From Amphiscolops sp. MND2022 (Eukaryota), in the NCBI GenBank assembly GCA_964187785.1, contig OZ076409.1, positions 53,260,001-53,324,000 on the forward strand: 64,000 bases of DNA. Reading direction: 5' to 3'. Numbering within the stretch: the stretch's first letter is position 1; every line of letters begins with the position of its first letter. Under the pieces are notes generated by a model. That model was not told the origin of the DNA, ran no database searches, and worked only from the letters and a program-made list of their open reading frames with translations. Both the position numbers and the translations under genes were made by a program. This document shows, piece after piece, positions 34,629 to 46,349 of this stretch.

Positions 34629-37600
34629 ATCAGTGGCTTGACGGTACACTCTAATATCAAGAGAAAATAAATTGTTGATATCAGTGCGTTTCAATGGTTA
34701 GCTCTCACATCTCTAGAGGAGTGTACTGCTGACACATGCCGAGATTTTCCTTTTGATGTTAGAAGGGATGTTTCTTGATTTCCAGAAGTTATAGCGTTTT
34801 GCTCTTGCCCCCATTGCCTTGCAAATTCTAGCATTTGTCTTTCTCGATGAATCGCCATTGCTTGGTATAAGAGATCCGAAATACGTGAATTGGTTGACGT
34901 CGTCTAGAACCGCTCGTTCGCAGTGGATGTTCAGACGAAAACGCTGAATCTGAGACATGATGTCCAACAACTCAAAAGGCCCTGACGTCATCGAGAAATA
35001 CAAAGTCGACCTCGAAAAACATCTATCGGGTGCTAAGATAACCGGAATGGTTAACAAATTTCGGCAGCAAAGGATCAGCAGCTGAAGACTCACTGGGCAC
35101 TGAGATCGAAAGGATGAGAAAAGAATCTCGGAATTGAGCAAAGTCATCAAGAAATCATTGCAGCGACACAAATTAAACTACATTGACCACCAATGGGCAA
35201 CCGAAAATGGTTACACCCCTGAATCGATATCCGCATATCTAAGTACTTTATGGCTGAACTGATGGAAACTCTGCTGGTTAACTCTGCACACTTATTAGGG
35301 GAAATCCCTACAATGCAAACCGCATCTGCAGCCGCATCTTCGACGATATCGACTGAAAAATATCGAAAGAATTCATCAAATCCAGCAAGAGAACCATACC
35401 CGTGACAATTTTACTTCAACAAACTGTTGCTCACCAAAACTGAAAACTAAACCGAAATTTACATCCTCCCGCAAAGAGGGTTCTACAGAAATTATATAAA
35501 TGTATTCTTAATGGCGCTAGTTCACAGGACCAAACTCTCAAATATATCCCTGACAAAACTAGAAAATTCATTGTTCGCAGTTGCTTCTCCGGCCCGTGGG
35601 TTAGCTTTAACGATAAAACCGTCAACCGTCAAAACAAACTTGCAGCAAAAGATGCGTTCTTGAAAGTTTCTAGACTTCTGGAAAATGCATTCTAAAGTGA
35701 CCAGTGCGGCGTTGCTCACTTTACAATGCCTTTTCCAGAAGTCCAGAAACTTTCGAGGACGCAACTTTTGCTGCGATTTTGGTTTAATGCTTGGCTGTGG
35801 GCTGCCTGTATTAGGTAGTTTGTTTGCTTGTTTTGAAGAAAAATTTGACTGCTGGACTTTGGCTGAAAAGGTCAATTGGTTGGATCCCTGTGAGAGCTTC
35901 AGCTGTCCTAATCAGTGGCCATAAACAGTTTTAGATGATCGATCTCAGGATAGTGTTCTGGAAGAGTTGTAGTGATTTGATATTCTTTTGTGCCCATATT
36001 GGTGCTCCATATAAAACTTCGGTTGTATGACATATCGGTAAAAAAAGACTATGATCGGGAGGGTAATGCCCCACTTGGTGCTGCAATGCCTTCGGAGGAT
36101 ATGTCAGTTTCGCGTAGCTTTGATGAAAGATTTTTCAGTGTGTTGTGTGTAGTTGTGATTAGAATTGATTTAAAGACAAATTTCGGTTTTCCATCTGTTT
36201 ACAGCCTTTCTCCAGCGTCTACACCACATTTCGATATCTAAGCAGGTGTTTTTTAAAGATTGAGTACTTTTCTGTCCGGATATAAGTACTGAAGAATGGT
36301 CGGCAATTATAAAGCGTTTGATTGAGTTTGTTAGGAAATCAGAGATGAAAATATTGAATAGCACAGGTGAGACAACGCTTCCTTGTGGTAGTTCAAAATG
36401 GTTACTGAACAGACGTGAGGTGTAAGGATCTTGGTTAATCTGTCCTTTTCTGGAACGAAGAAAGGCGTCCACTTTTTTAAAAAAAATTTCCCCGTTTATT
36501 CCCAGATTCTTCAATTTGTAGATCAAGTTGTCTAGCCACACACTGTCGAAAGGTTTCTCGAGGCATATCCAATAACCCTTTGACCCCATAACCCCATGGC
36601 TTTTAACCCCATGTTAAATGACTCTGTGACCATAAGATTTTGACCCTAAGACCCTATGAGGCATATCATATAACCCTTTGACCCCATGACCCCATGGCTT
36701 TTAACCCCATGTCAAATGACTCTCTGACCACAAGACTTTGACCCTATGACCCCATGAGGCATATGATAGAACCCTTTGACACCATGACCCCATGGCTTTT
36801 AACCCCATGTCGAATGACTCTCTGACCACAATATGTTGACCCTATGACCCCATACTGATTTGATATTCTACCCGTGCATGTTCATTTCTGTGTTGATGTT
36901 TGAATTATCAGTACAAAATGTGCCTCAGATATGTCTCCCGTTCGTCTAGTGCCCTGCGGCCCCTTGAAGCCGCTTATGTTCCCATCTTGCTAGGTGAGGG
37001 CGAGCGTGTATGCACCGAATATGACCCCACATTATTTTGTTTTAACTTGAAGGCCTTGATTTCATCGTGATTTTGTTACCTATTTTCCATGTATTTCCTT
37101 TACTTTTTCCATGGAGTCCTCTTCCACGGGGTCATAGGGTCTTTTTTGGCTGTCTATGGGGTCCTAGGGTCATTTTCTATGGGGTCAAAGGGTGAAAAAC
37201 ATACCTTCTCAATGTCTACATAGATTACACAATGTCTACGTTTAGAAGTGCTGCAGATTCTTCATGCGTTTTTGCCTAGGGAATTCGAATCGAATTTGAA
37301 TCTTCGGTCGAATAGTCGAAGCTTCGCCTTGCTTTCGAATATCGAATCGAAGCTTCGAAAGGTTGTTGAATATCGAATCGAATATCGAATAAATCTTGCG
37401 GATAATGAGATATGTTTCGAATATCAAATACTGTTCGAATAAAATTCACAAATTAAAATGAATGATGCAAGCAAAAGTTTTAGGTTGCACATGACCGGAA
37501 ATAGTAAATGGCGGATCGTAACGGACCGTCGAAGTAAAGCATACGATTATTTTTACGCGGAATTTGAGGACAACATCCCCACCAATCGGCGTTTATGCAT

Positions 37601-38519
37601 TATTGATAATTTTCGAATTCAAGATTTTTGATATCGAATTGAAGCTTCGAGAGTTTCTTGAATATCGAATTCGAATCGAATACTGATACTCCGACTTTTC
37701 GAAGTTCAAATAGTCAAAATGTCGAAGCTTCGAACTCCGTTTTTACCCATTCACATTCGAAATCAAGTCTATAGAGGGATCTAATGGTGTTCCATCTTCT
37801 TCGAAAGCCTTTTTGTTCTTCCTCGATGATACTTTCTTCAAGGAAGGTATGCAGTCGTGGGAACAAGACGGTTCGCCGACACAATGGCAGCGGACGTTTC
37901 GGCGACAACACTGTCGCCGAAACATCTTTGTCCCCGAAACGTCCGGTAAAAAGCTAGAAAGATATCTCTTCATAGTTACCTTTGCTACATTGAAACGTGC
38001 CTTGGGTATGTCCCCATTTCCTCTAGCGTCTCGCGGCCTCTTGGGGCCGCTTTTGTTCCTATCTTCCTAAGCGGGGTCGAACAGGAGCAAAGACCTAGCG
38101 GGAACGGAGATCCCCCAGCTATTGTAGTGGGAGCTGGTCTTTGCGACGGTGAGGGCGAGCATCTATACACCGTATATGACCCCATCTTAGGTGGGGGGAA
38201 ACTTTTGAAAATATGGTAATTGCTTTTAGACGTTATTCCTCTTTTTAGACGTCATTCCTCAGACGTTAATCATGTTCCCCGTATTTCGTTTTTGTTTTTA
38301 GCTTTTAGAAGACGGTTCGGCGACAGTGTTGTCGCCGAAACGTCCGCCGCCATATTATCGCCGAAACGTCCAGAATCCCGCAGTTGACGCTCGATCATTC
38401 TTTCGAACAACTTTCCAATGGGGCCTGTTATTGATATGGGTCGAAAGCTTGTTGCAATCTTATCAGCTATCTTAAGACACCAATTGGTTAGACAAACCCG
38501 CAAAAGAGTTCGATAACAG

Positions 38520-39590
38520 AGTCACGGTTGTCCAGCGATTTCCAGATTCCAGTGAAAAGTGAAACGTCAATACAATCCATAACTTACTCCAGACTTGTTG
38601 AATAGTTTCAGAGAAGAACTGAACCTCGTTCACAAGTGCCCTCTGAGCGGGTTATTGCGGCCTCGGCTCGAACATGTCACTACCATTGTCTTACTACTAC
38701 TAAGATCCTAGGCCATTACATCCTTGAGGCATGCTTAAAAATGTTCAGATCTTCAAAAAGAAATGAATCCAAAGAAAGTACTTCCTTCAATCATAGGTAC
38801 TTCTGAAAACTGAATTTTTTTAGTGTTTGCTAATTAGGAGTCAATGCTACTCAAGAATGACCTAACTTTAGAATGGGATCAGATATTAAACTCTTTCAGC
38901 GCCTCCCGGAAGTTTCATCAGTCCTTTCATGTCGCAATTGCTCACTAGTTTCAACACATTGGGTCCGAATTCCACCCTCCCCACATTGCATTGATGATTG
39001 TTTTAGACACTGCTAATGGATAAGAATGATCTTCGAATGTTGCTCAATCAATTGTTGTGGCTAGAAAGGAAACATGAAGATCATCCTCATCGTGAACTGA
39101 TTTTTTTCACTTGCCATGTTTTGATGATTTTACACCAATCTGCGCCACGAAAAGAAATAGATACCAAAATTCTATTCACCATCAGTATGAGCGGTGGTAA
39201 AGTTTTGGATTCAGTCTGTGAAGAAGATCTCAATAAACGAGTTGCTCAATTGTTGAAAACTTTCACTGTTTACGCTGCGTCCACTGAGCCAGAAGTTCAG
39301 AAATCTGCTGCTCGGATTGTCAAAGATTGCTGTTTTGAGATTTTGTTGGTTTTGAAACAGCCTTGTGCTATAGCTGCGGAATCAATTGCCTCAAATTGTC
39401 ATCATGCCTCTGAAGGTTTGTTTCTTCAATTAAAGTCTTTCATTTGCAATAAGGACCAATTTTTCGTGAAAATTTGAACAATTTTCTCACCACGGCATGT
39501 TTAGCGCTGCTGAATGTTATTTATAGTTATATCTAGATGTCTGAGTATTTCTGGGAAGCATTGTATTTTCTCTGGTTTGTTAAATTAAGG
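38520..39590 (+). pseudogene. Degraded multi-exon helical-protein gene, copy 2
   Basis: Exon 39007-39415 is open. Flanking exon-like pieces (KILGHYILEACLKMF; ESMLLKNDLTLEWDQILNSF; IFRENLNNFLTTACLALLNVIY) are separated by short GT-AG candidates and contain stops. Confidence 0.5.
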
Positions 39591-40424
39591 TAAACCCCTA
39601 TGTCACCGAATTTCTGAGGTTTTCCCCAACGTAGTTTTCTCCATCGGTAGAAGTAAAGGAAACAAAAGTGAATTGTTGCAATAGAAAATCCCTTGAGTTC
39701 TTTGGCATTTTATTTATTGGAAACTACTTCATAATGAGACTTCGTACTGGCTCTCTTGAGTTTTCAGGCAGAGCTTTTGTTGAAAGTGCAGACTTAAGTA
39801 GTGGCTAAGACCATGAACTGACAAAAATTTCGTGCGTAAGCTGAAATATCATTGTAATGCGGCCATCCCACTTTCACTTGCTAAAAGATAACAATTTATT
39901 TGCACTTAGCTTCAAAGTAGTGATATTACCCAACAAGACGGCGCCCCACTTAAGGCTCAAAAAGTGCAGAATTATTAAAATATACCCAGGACTTTTTCAT
40001 GAGATCTTTTCGTACTCGGAAAGCGAATATATATCTTAACATCCAATTTGTTGCAAAATATAAAAAAAGAAGGGGGCCCTTTGGAGACATCCAAAATATC
40101 TAGAAAAAATTCTCAGTGCCGAAAGGGGACCCCTTAGTCTCGTCCGGTTTTGTATGTTACACTAAAAAGGAAAAATGAATAAGGTGACCCTTTACACTAA
40201 CTTAGATGCATTTCCGAGGTATTCGTTTAGCTGAATAAACTGAACAAAATTTAGAATTGCGTCGCATTCCTAACTGTCGTGGAGAAAAACAAACAAGTAG
40301 TAACTGTAATCAGTCGGGATTTTTCATTCTAAATGCCAAGGTTGCGATTAGACATGTTTCTTGTTTTACAGTGGAAGCCGCTAATATGGGACGCTCGGGA
40401 CCGGGTATTCTTGTCTACTATATC

Positions 40425-41724
40425 CAGTGAATTGTACACGATACACGATTTTTTGCTTCTTTAATACACGAACCTACACGATACACGATTTTTTGAAATA
40501 TACACGAAATTACATTGAGCACGCGAATGTGGCAGTTGAGCGTATGAACTGAATTGTATGAATTACGTAACTGAATTTTCATTGGCTCAAAATAGTGCAG
40601 GATGCAATTCATTTAAACAGCATTCAGGCGTGATTAATATTAACGCCATAGCCTTTCACACCTTATACGTCTATGTATATTAACTTAATCGCTTTTTCAG
40701 ATAAATGGCTCGTGCAAATTATGATTCTTTATTTATAATACCTGAACAATTTACGGAAGGTAAACCGGCAGTTTGTCGATTTTGCAAAAAAAGCTGTCAG
40801 TATAGCAAAAATACGAAGGGCAATTTATTAATTTATAAAAGCACTACCAACAGCTACATCCCAAAGAACTTGATTTACATCTGAAACAAACAAAAAATGT
40901 AATTGGGTCTTCAAAACAAGGCACGATCAAAGTAATAGAAAATTCTCTTACCACTGATAAGCCTGTTTACTCAAAACAATCTGCAATTGAGAAATCAATC
41001 GCAAAAGATCTTTGCGCGAAAGGAGCCTTGCCTATCACTATTGTCGAACGTAAGTTTTTCCGTGACTTTTTGGGTACCATTCAGCCTTTATTCAGGAATA
41101 TGTCCTATCGAAAAAATGTCGCAAATCTAGCAAATGAAGCGCAACGAATCCAGGTTGTTTTGAGAGAAGATATCAAATCAACAGGAAGACGCCCAACAGT
41201 TACGGTTGATTGTTGGACTGCACAAAATCACGTCTCGTATCTGGGTGGCATACACAGTCAAAATTACGCAAATTATCGGATTTTGCTGTTATGAGTTCAT
41301 CTCGCTCTAGCGATTGGAAGACGTTCATGTCTCAATATTTGACCTCTGGTCCCGTTTTGGTTGATCCATTTACATTTTGGGACGCAGAAAATGTGCCAGT
41401 ATTGTTCAAAAAACTGATTCTGGAAGTCTTAGCCATTCCCGCAAGCTCAGGAGCAGTCGAAAGGCTATTTTCCCAATGTAACATACGATGCGCAAACAGA
41501 AGAAACCGTATGTCGCAAAAAAACTTGGAAATTTTGGTTCAAATTGCTGTTTATAATGAGTAAATTGAAATTCAAACTTTCGTAATTCTTTTATTTTTCA
41601 GAGAAAAATACACGAAGATACACGATTATACACGAAAATACACGATTTTTTAAAATACACGAATACACGTAACGGTTTTTGCAAATACACGATACACGAA
41701 AATTTTGATAACGACAATTCACTG
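40425..41724 (+). mobile_element. Non-autonomous internally deleted hAT transposon (1300 bp)
   Basis: 11-bp TIR CAGTGAATTGT, perfect 8-bp TSD ACTATATC and ACACGA subterminal repeats. Encodes a BED finger, TVDCWT (first catalytic D) and the dimerisation motif IPASSGAVERLFS. Confidence 0.95.
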
Positions 41725-42019
41725 ACTATATCCGTTGTCTCTTACATCAGTAGTACAAAGGACCGGTCCAAGGGACCGAAATATGCGCGCCAATTAAGCG
41801 TTGTCTCATACGCGTATCCCATTGTAGCGACTTCCACTATAGTTTTTTCGCCGAATCTCGTCCTTTCTGTCGGGGCATTTCAATTAAAATCTGAAAGAAA
41901 AATTTAAAATTACTAATAACAGAAGACATAAGGTTGATATCATAAAACTGTAGTAGAAAGAAAACAAAATTAACATTTTTTCAGTGCTGTTTGAAATTTT
42001 TTTGTCCCTTGTTCAAAAA

Positions 42020-42465
42020 ATCTGTTTGAAACAATGCCAACATTGCCAAAAGCTCCGGCTAAAAAAAAAGGTTACACGCGCAAAGAGCAAATTGTTTTTT
42101 CTCCCGACCTTTCAATGAAAATTTCAAATTTCTCAAACTGTTTATACGATATTCATAAAAATTTGCACAATCATTCTACACCCAAATGGGCCCCTGCGTG
42201 CGCAAAAGTATCAAAATCGAATGCCTGGGATGCGAGAAACATAGCCAAAATTAACCCAAAAACGGCCAAAAAACAGCCATTTTCGACTTTTTTCGATTCT
42301 CTCAAAAACTCTCCAAACAATTCGAACTAAATTTTGTAGTCTCTCTACACCATAATATGATCCTATGTGTTCAATTTCAATAAGTTCGTATGACTGGGAT
42401 TCGAGCGAGTCAGAAGGACAAAGACCTAATTCGACTCTTTTACCGCATATGCGGCTCTGGTTTAG
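42020..42465 (-). mobile_element. Dispersed repeat family starting 'aaccagagccgcatatgcgg'
   Basis: Related copies at 46645-47085 and, split by the BEL element, ~53590-53922 plus 63245-63603. Confidence 0.7.
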
Positions 42466-43167
42466 TTTATTGTATTGACCAATTTATACTCATTTGATTC
42501 CAAAATTATTTGAAATCAAAATCTGAGGATTGTAATCTAGCGATGATTTTTTTTTCGAAAATATTGTATTACGAGCTTGTTTTTATAATTTCTGCGATTG
42601 CAGGAATAATATTGAAATCTGAAAGATGCCACTTTCATTTTTCAGCCGACTTGTTTGTGATCCGAGCACCTACTGAAAAATTCAGATATTTGGTTCGGCA
42701 GCTCCGACGACAATTCATTTCTCGTGCGATGAAACGAGCTAGTGTTAATTACGGGTAGGTACGCCGAGTTCGTTGAGATGAAGGTAGCGTGTGTTTGTAC
42801 GCCGAGTTCATAACATGAAGCGAACGATTGTTAATTATTCGCTTGCCGAGTTCATGATATGAAGCGAATGAGTGTTAATTATTCGTTCGCCGAGAGCTTC
42901 GCCTGCATTCAAATGCTAATGCGAAACTTCGTTTACGCTTAGTAGTTAAATTTTGTCAGTCCGAGAAAAATTAAAGGCTATGTAAACTGGTACAGTGGTT
43001 AATTTTGTGCAGGAGTGTTTAGTTAATCCAGATTCTATTGATTCATGAAAGCCTAAAAACAGAAATAATTTTGTGCCCCACAGGGACCTATTTTTGATTG
43101 TTGAATTTCAAAACTGTGCATTGATACATGTAATTTCGAGAAGCCTTTTTATAGAGCTCAGTATGTT

Positions 43168-43552
43168 AGGATCTTTAAAATTAGGATCTAAAACTAAAAA
43201 GAGATATAAAGTATAAAACGTGCCTCGGATATGTCCCCCTCTTCCTCTAGTGCCCCGCGGCCCCTTGGGGCCGCTTATTTTCCCATCTTGCTAAGCGAGG
43301 TCAATTAGGAGCAAAGACCTAGCGGGAACGGAGATCGCGAAGCGATCGTAGTGGGAGCTGGTCTTTGCGACAATGAGGGCGAGCGTGCATACATCGCATA
43401 TGCCCTACATTATATTTTCGCTTTCAGAACACATATTAGATTATAAAGGGGTTAGACCTAAGTATTTTAGATGAAATTAGATCTGAAAGTTAGACCTAAC
43501 AGTTAGATCTAATTCCATTAGACCCAAGCAATTAGTTCAAAGGCGTACACTC
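43168..43552. mobile_element. Left-truncated MITE-like element with TTAGA(T/C)CT arrays and the shared GC core
   Basis: Core at 43215-43410; duplicate at ~47815-48201. Confidence 0.7.
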
Positions 43553-45165
43553 CTTTACAGCCACCCTAAAAGAACGTATGCCTCTATTTATCGTAACAAA
43601 AAATTGGCTTCCTCATTCAATACCGCACTGGGCACAATACATCTGGACTTGACAACATCGGAAGAGGCTGACTCTGTTTTACGCGCATTGAAAAATGAAA
43701 TGTTTGGAAGTGATTCGTCCGCCCTGGAAGCTAGTAATAAAAGCAAAACAGCGCCGTCAAAGCAAGCATTCCATTGAAAATACCCAACTGAGTTCTAGCA
43801 ACAGCTCTAACGAATAACGAAAGCATTTCCAGTCGTCGAAGTCAGACGATGTGTCAGAAGTGGTGGTAAATCACTGCAAATTGTCATATTGACGTTCTCC
43901 ACAAACGTTCAGTTTGACAAGGCAAAAACCGACGGGGTTTTATTGAACATTTGCCATAACAGCGGCGCGAATTGATACAGCAAGGAATACGAATCCTCTG
44001 CTGCTATCGATGTCAGAACTTCGGACACATCAATTCCAATTGAAGTTTGAAAGTTACATGTAAATATGGCTTCAGCGAGCACTATTTCAACAACTGCACT
44101 GGTAACCAACGAGCTCGGTGCGCCAATAGCGGTGGTAACCAGGAGGCGGATTTATTCGTCTGCCCAGCTTATAACAAACAGGTACAATTAGTTCATGAGG
44201 TGCGTGGTTTGCAAGAACTTTGAGAAATCTTTCATCCAAAAATGAGGCTTAACCCTTGCTTCACCTTCGTGCATATCAAAATATGCGGCCTGAGTGATCA
44301 TTGTAAAATAGTAATGAGACAAAACCAACAACAAAGTAAAGCTGACACTGTTTTTTTGAGAGGAAACAAAACACAACTGTGAACAAATTTGTTTGACAAC
44401 TTCACAACAATCAGCTGTATGAGTAGAAAATCTTAAGCGTCGCAATGTTGTTGAAAATCACATCCGTCACTCAAGACTGAATCTACTCGAGGACACCTCT
44501 GTAGACAAAATTGTTTTGAATATTAGGCTTGACGCAATGAAGTTAGTTGTACCTACTTTAACTTTCGAAGTAGATAACATCAATTGACTGAAAATTAAGA
44601 ATGTGATAAAGAGATACAGAGTTGCACAGCTGTTCGTTTAGCGACAGAATCGAAGCAAAAATTAACTATGGTTGTCTGGCTACCGGAGCCATCCGAAAGC
44701 GATTATTCAGCTGATAGATCATCATAGTAGATGCTGTCAAAGCAGAATTTCACATAGGAAACACAAGGACAACTGTCTTGTCCGATGTGAAACAGATGCA
44801 ACTGTCAGTATCTCTAGAATTCAAGCTCCTATCAAAAATCTGGATTCACCAATATCGCGGAAAAAAGTGCGACCAAAAAAAGTAAAAAAGTCAAAAAAAA
44901 GTAGTAAAAAAAGTAGTAAAGTAGTAAAAAAAAGTAAAAAAGTAAGGAAAAAAACCAAATCAGACAAAAAGAAAGAGGCTTCGAAAACTAAAAGTGATTG
45001 AGAAGGTTAGTGATCTCTTTGCATACTTGGCTTTTGAAAAACCTTCGCTGGTTGAGAGACGTAGGAACTTGGCGGTGATGTACCACAATGGGTCTCAAAA
45101 ACAGAAATAACCTAAATGTAAAAACATTGTTGAGGAAACAGTAAGGAACTCAAAACGTTGTAACG

Positions 45166-46349
45166 GAATTGTATGAATTACGTAACTGAATTTTCATTGG
45201 CTGAAAATAGTGCAGGATGCAATTCATTTAAACGGCATTCACGCGTGATTAATATTAACGCCATAGCCTTTCACACCTTATACGTCTATGTCCTTATATG
45301 TATATTAACTTTATCGCTTTTTCAGATAAATGGCTCGTGCAAATTATGATTCTTTATTTATAATACCTGAACAATTTACGGAAGGTGAACCGGCAATTTG
45401 TCGATTTTGCAAAAAAAGCTGTCAGTATAGCAAAAATACGAAGGGCAATTTATTAATTTATTAAAGCACTACCAACAGCTACATCCCAAAGAACTTGATT
45501 TACATCTGAAACAAACAAAAAATGTAATTGGGTCTACAAAACAAGGCACGATCAAAGTAATAGAAAATTCTCTTACCACTGATAAGCCTGTTTACTCAAA
45601 ACAATCTGCAGTTGAGAAATCAATCGCAAAAGATCTTTGCGCGAAAGGAGCCTTGCCTATCACTATTGCCGAACGTAAGTTTTTCCGTGACTTTTTGGGT
45701 ACCATTCAGCCTTTATTCAGGAATATGTCCTATCGAAAAAATGTCGCAAATCTAGCAAACGAAGCGCAACGAATCCAGGCTATTTTGAGAGAAGATATCC
45801 GATCAACAGGAAGACGCCCAACAATTACGGTTGATTGTTGGACTGCACAAAATCACGTCTCGTATCTGGGTGGCATACACAGTCAAAATTACGCAAATTA
45901 TCGGATTTTGCCGTTATGAGTTCATCTCGCTCTAGCGATTGGAAGACGTTCATGTCTCAATATTTGACCTCTGGTCCCGTTTCGGTTGATCCATTTACAT
46001 TTTGGGACGCAGAAAATGTGCCTGTATTGTTCAAAAAACTGATTCTGGAAGTCTTAGCCATTCCTGCAAGCTCAGGAGCAGTCGAAAGGCTATTTTCCCA
46101 ATGTAACATACAATGCGCAAATAGAAGAAACCGTATGTCGCCAAAAATCTTGGAAATTTTGGTTCAAATTGCTGTTTATAATGAGTAAATTGAAATTCAA
46201 ACTTTCGTAATTCTTTTATTTTTCAGAACAAAATACACGAAGATACACGATTATACACGAAAAGACACGATTTTTTAAAATACACGAATACACGTAACGG
46301 TTTTTGCAAATACAAGATACACGAAAATTTTGATAACGACAATTCACTG
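45166..46349 (+). mobile_element. Duplicated hAT copy lacking its left TIR
   Basis: Right TIR acaattcactg and flank actatatc are present; the left end is cut by the duplication breakpoint. Confidence 0.9.

Larger units (their letters stand above)
34675..43168 (-). repeat. Inverted near-identical copy of 17172-23906 plus 27777-27812
   Basis: All ORFs recur in reverse order and strand, e.g. 23441+/34713-, 22749+/35522-, 19184-/39016+, 18183+/40418-. Confidence 0.95.

Noticed and set aside
44672..45001. Lysine-rich, histone-H1-like ORF
   Set aside because: Produced by an A-rich microsatellite expansion (44860-44955) absent from the duplicate at ~49520.
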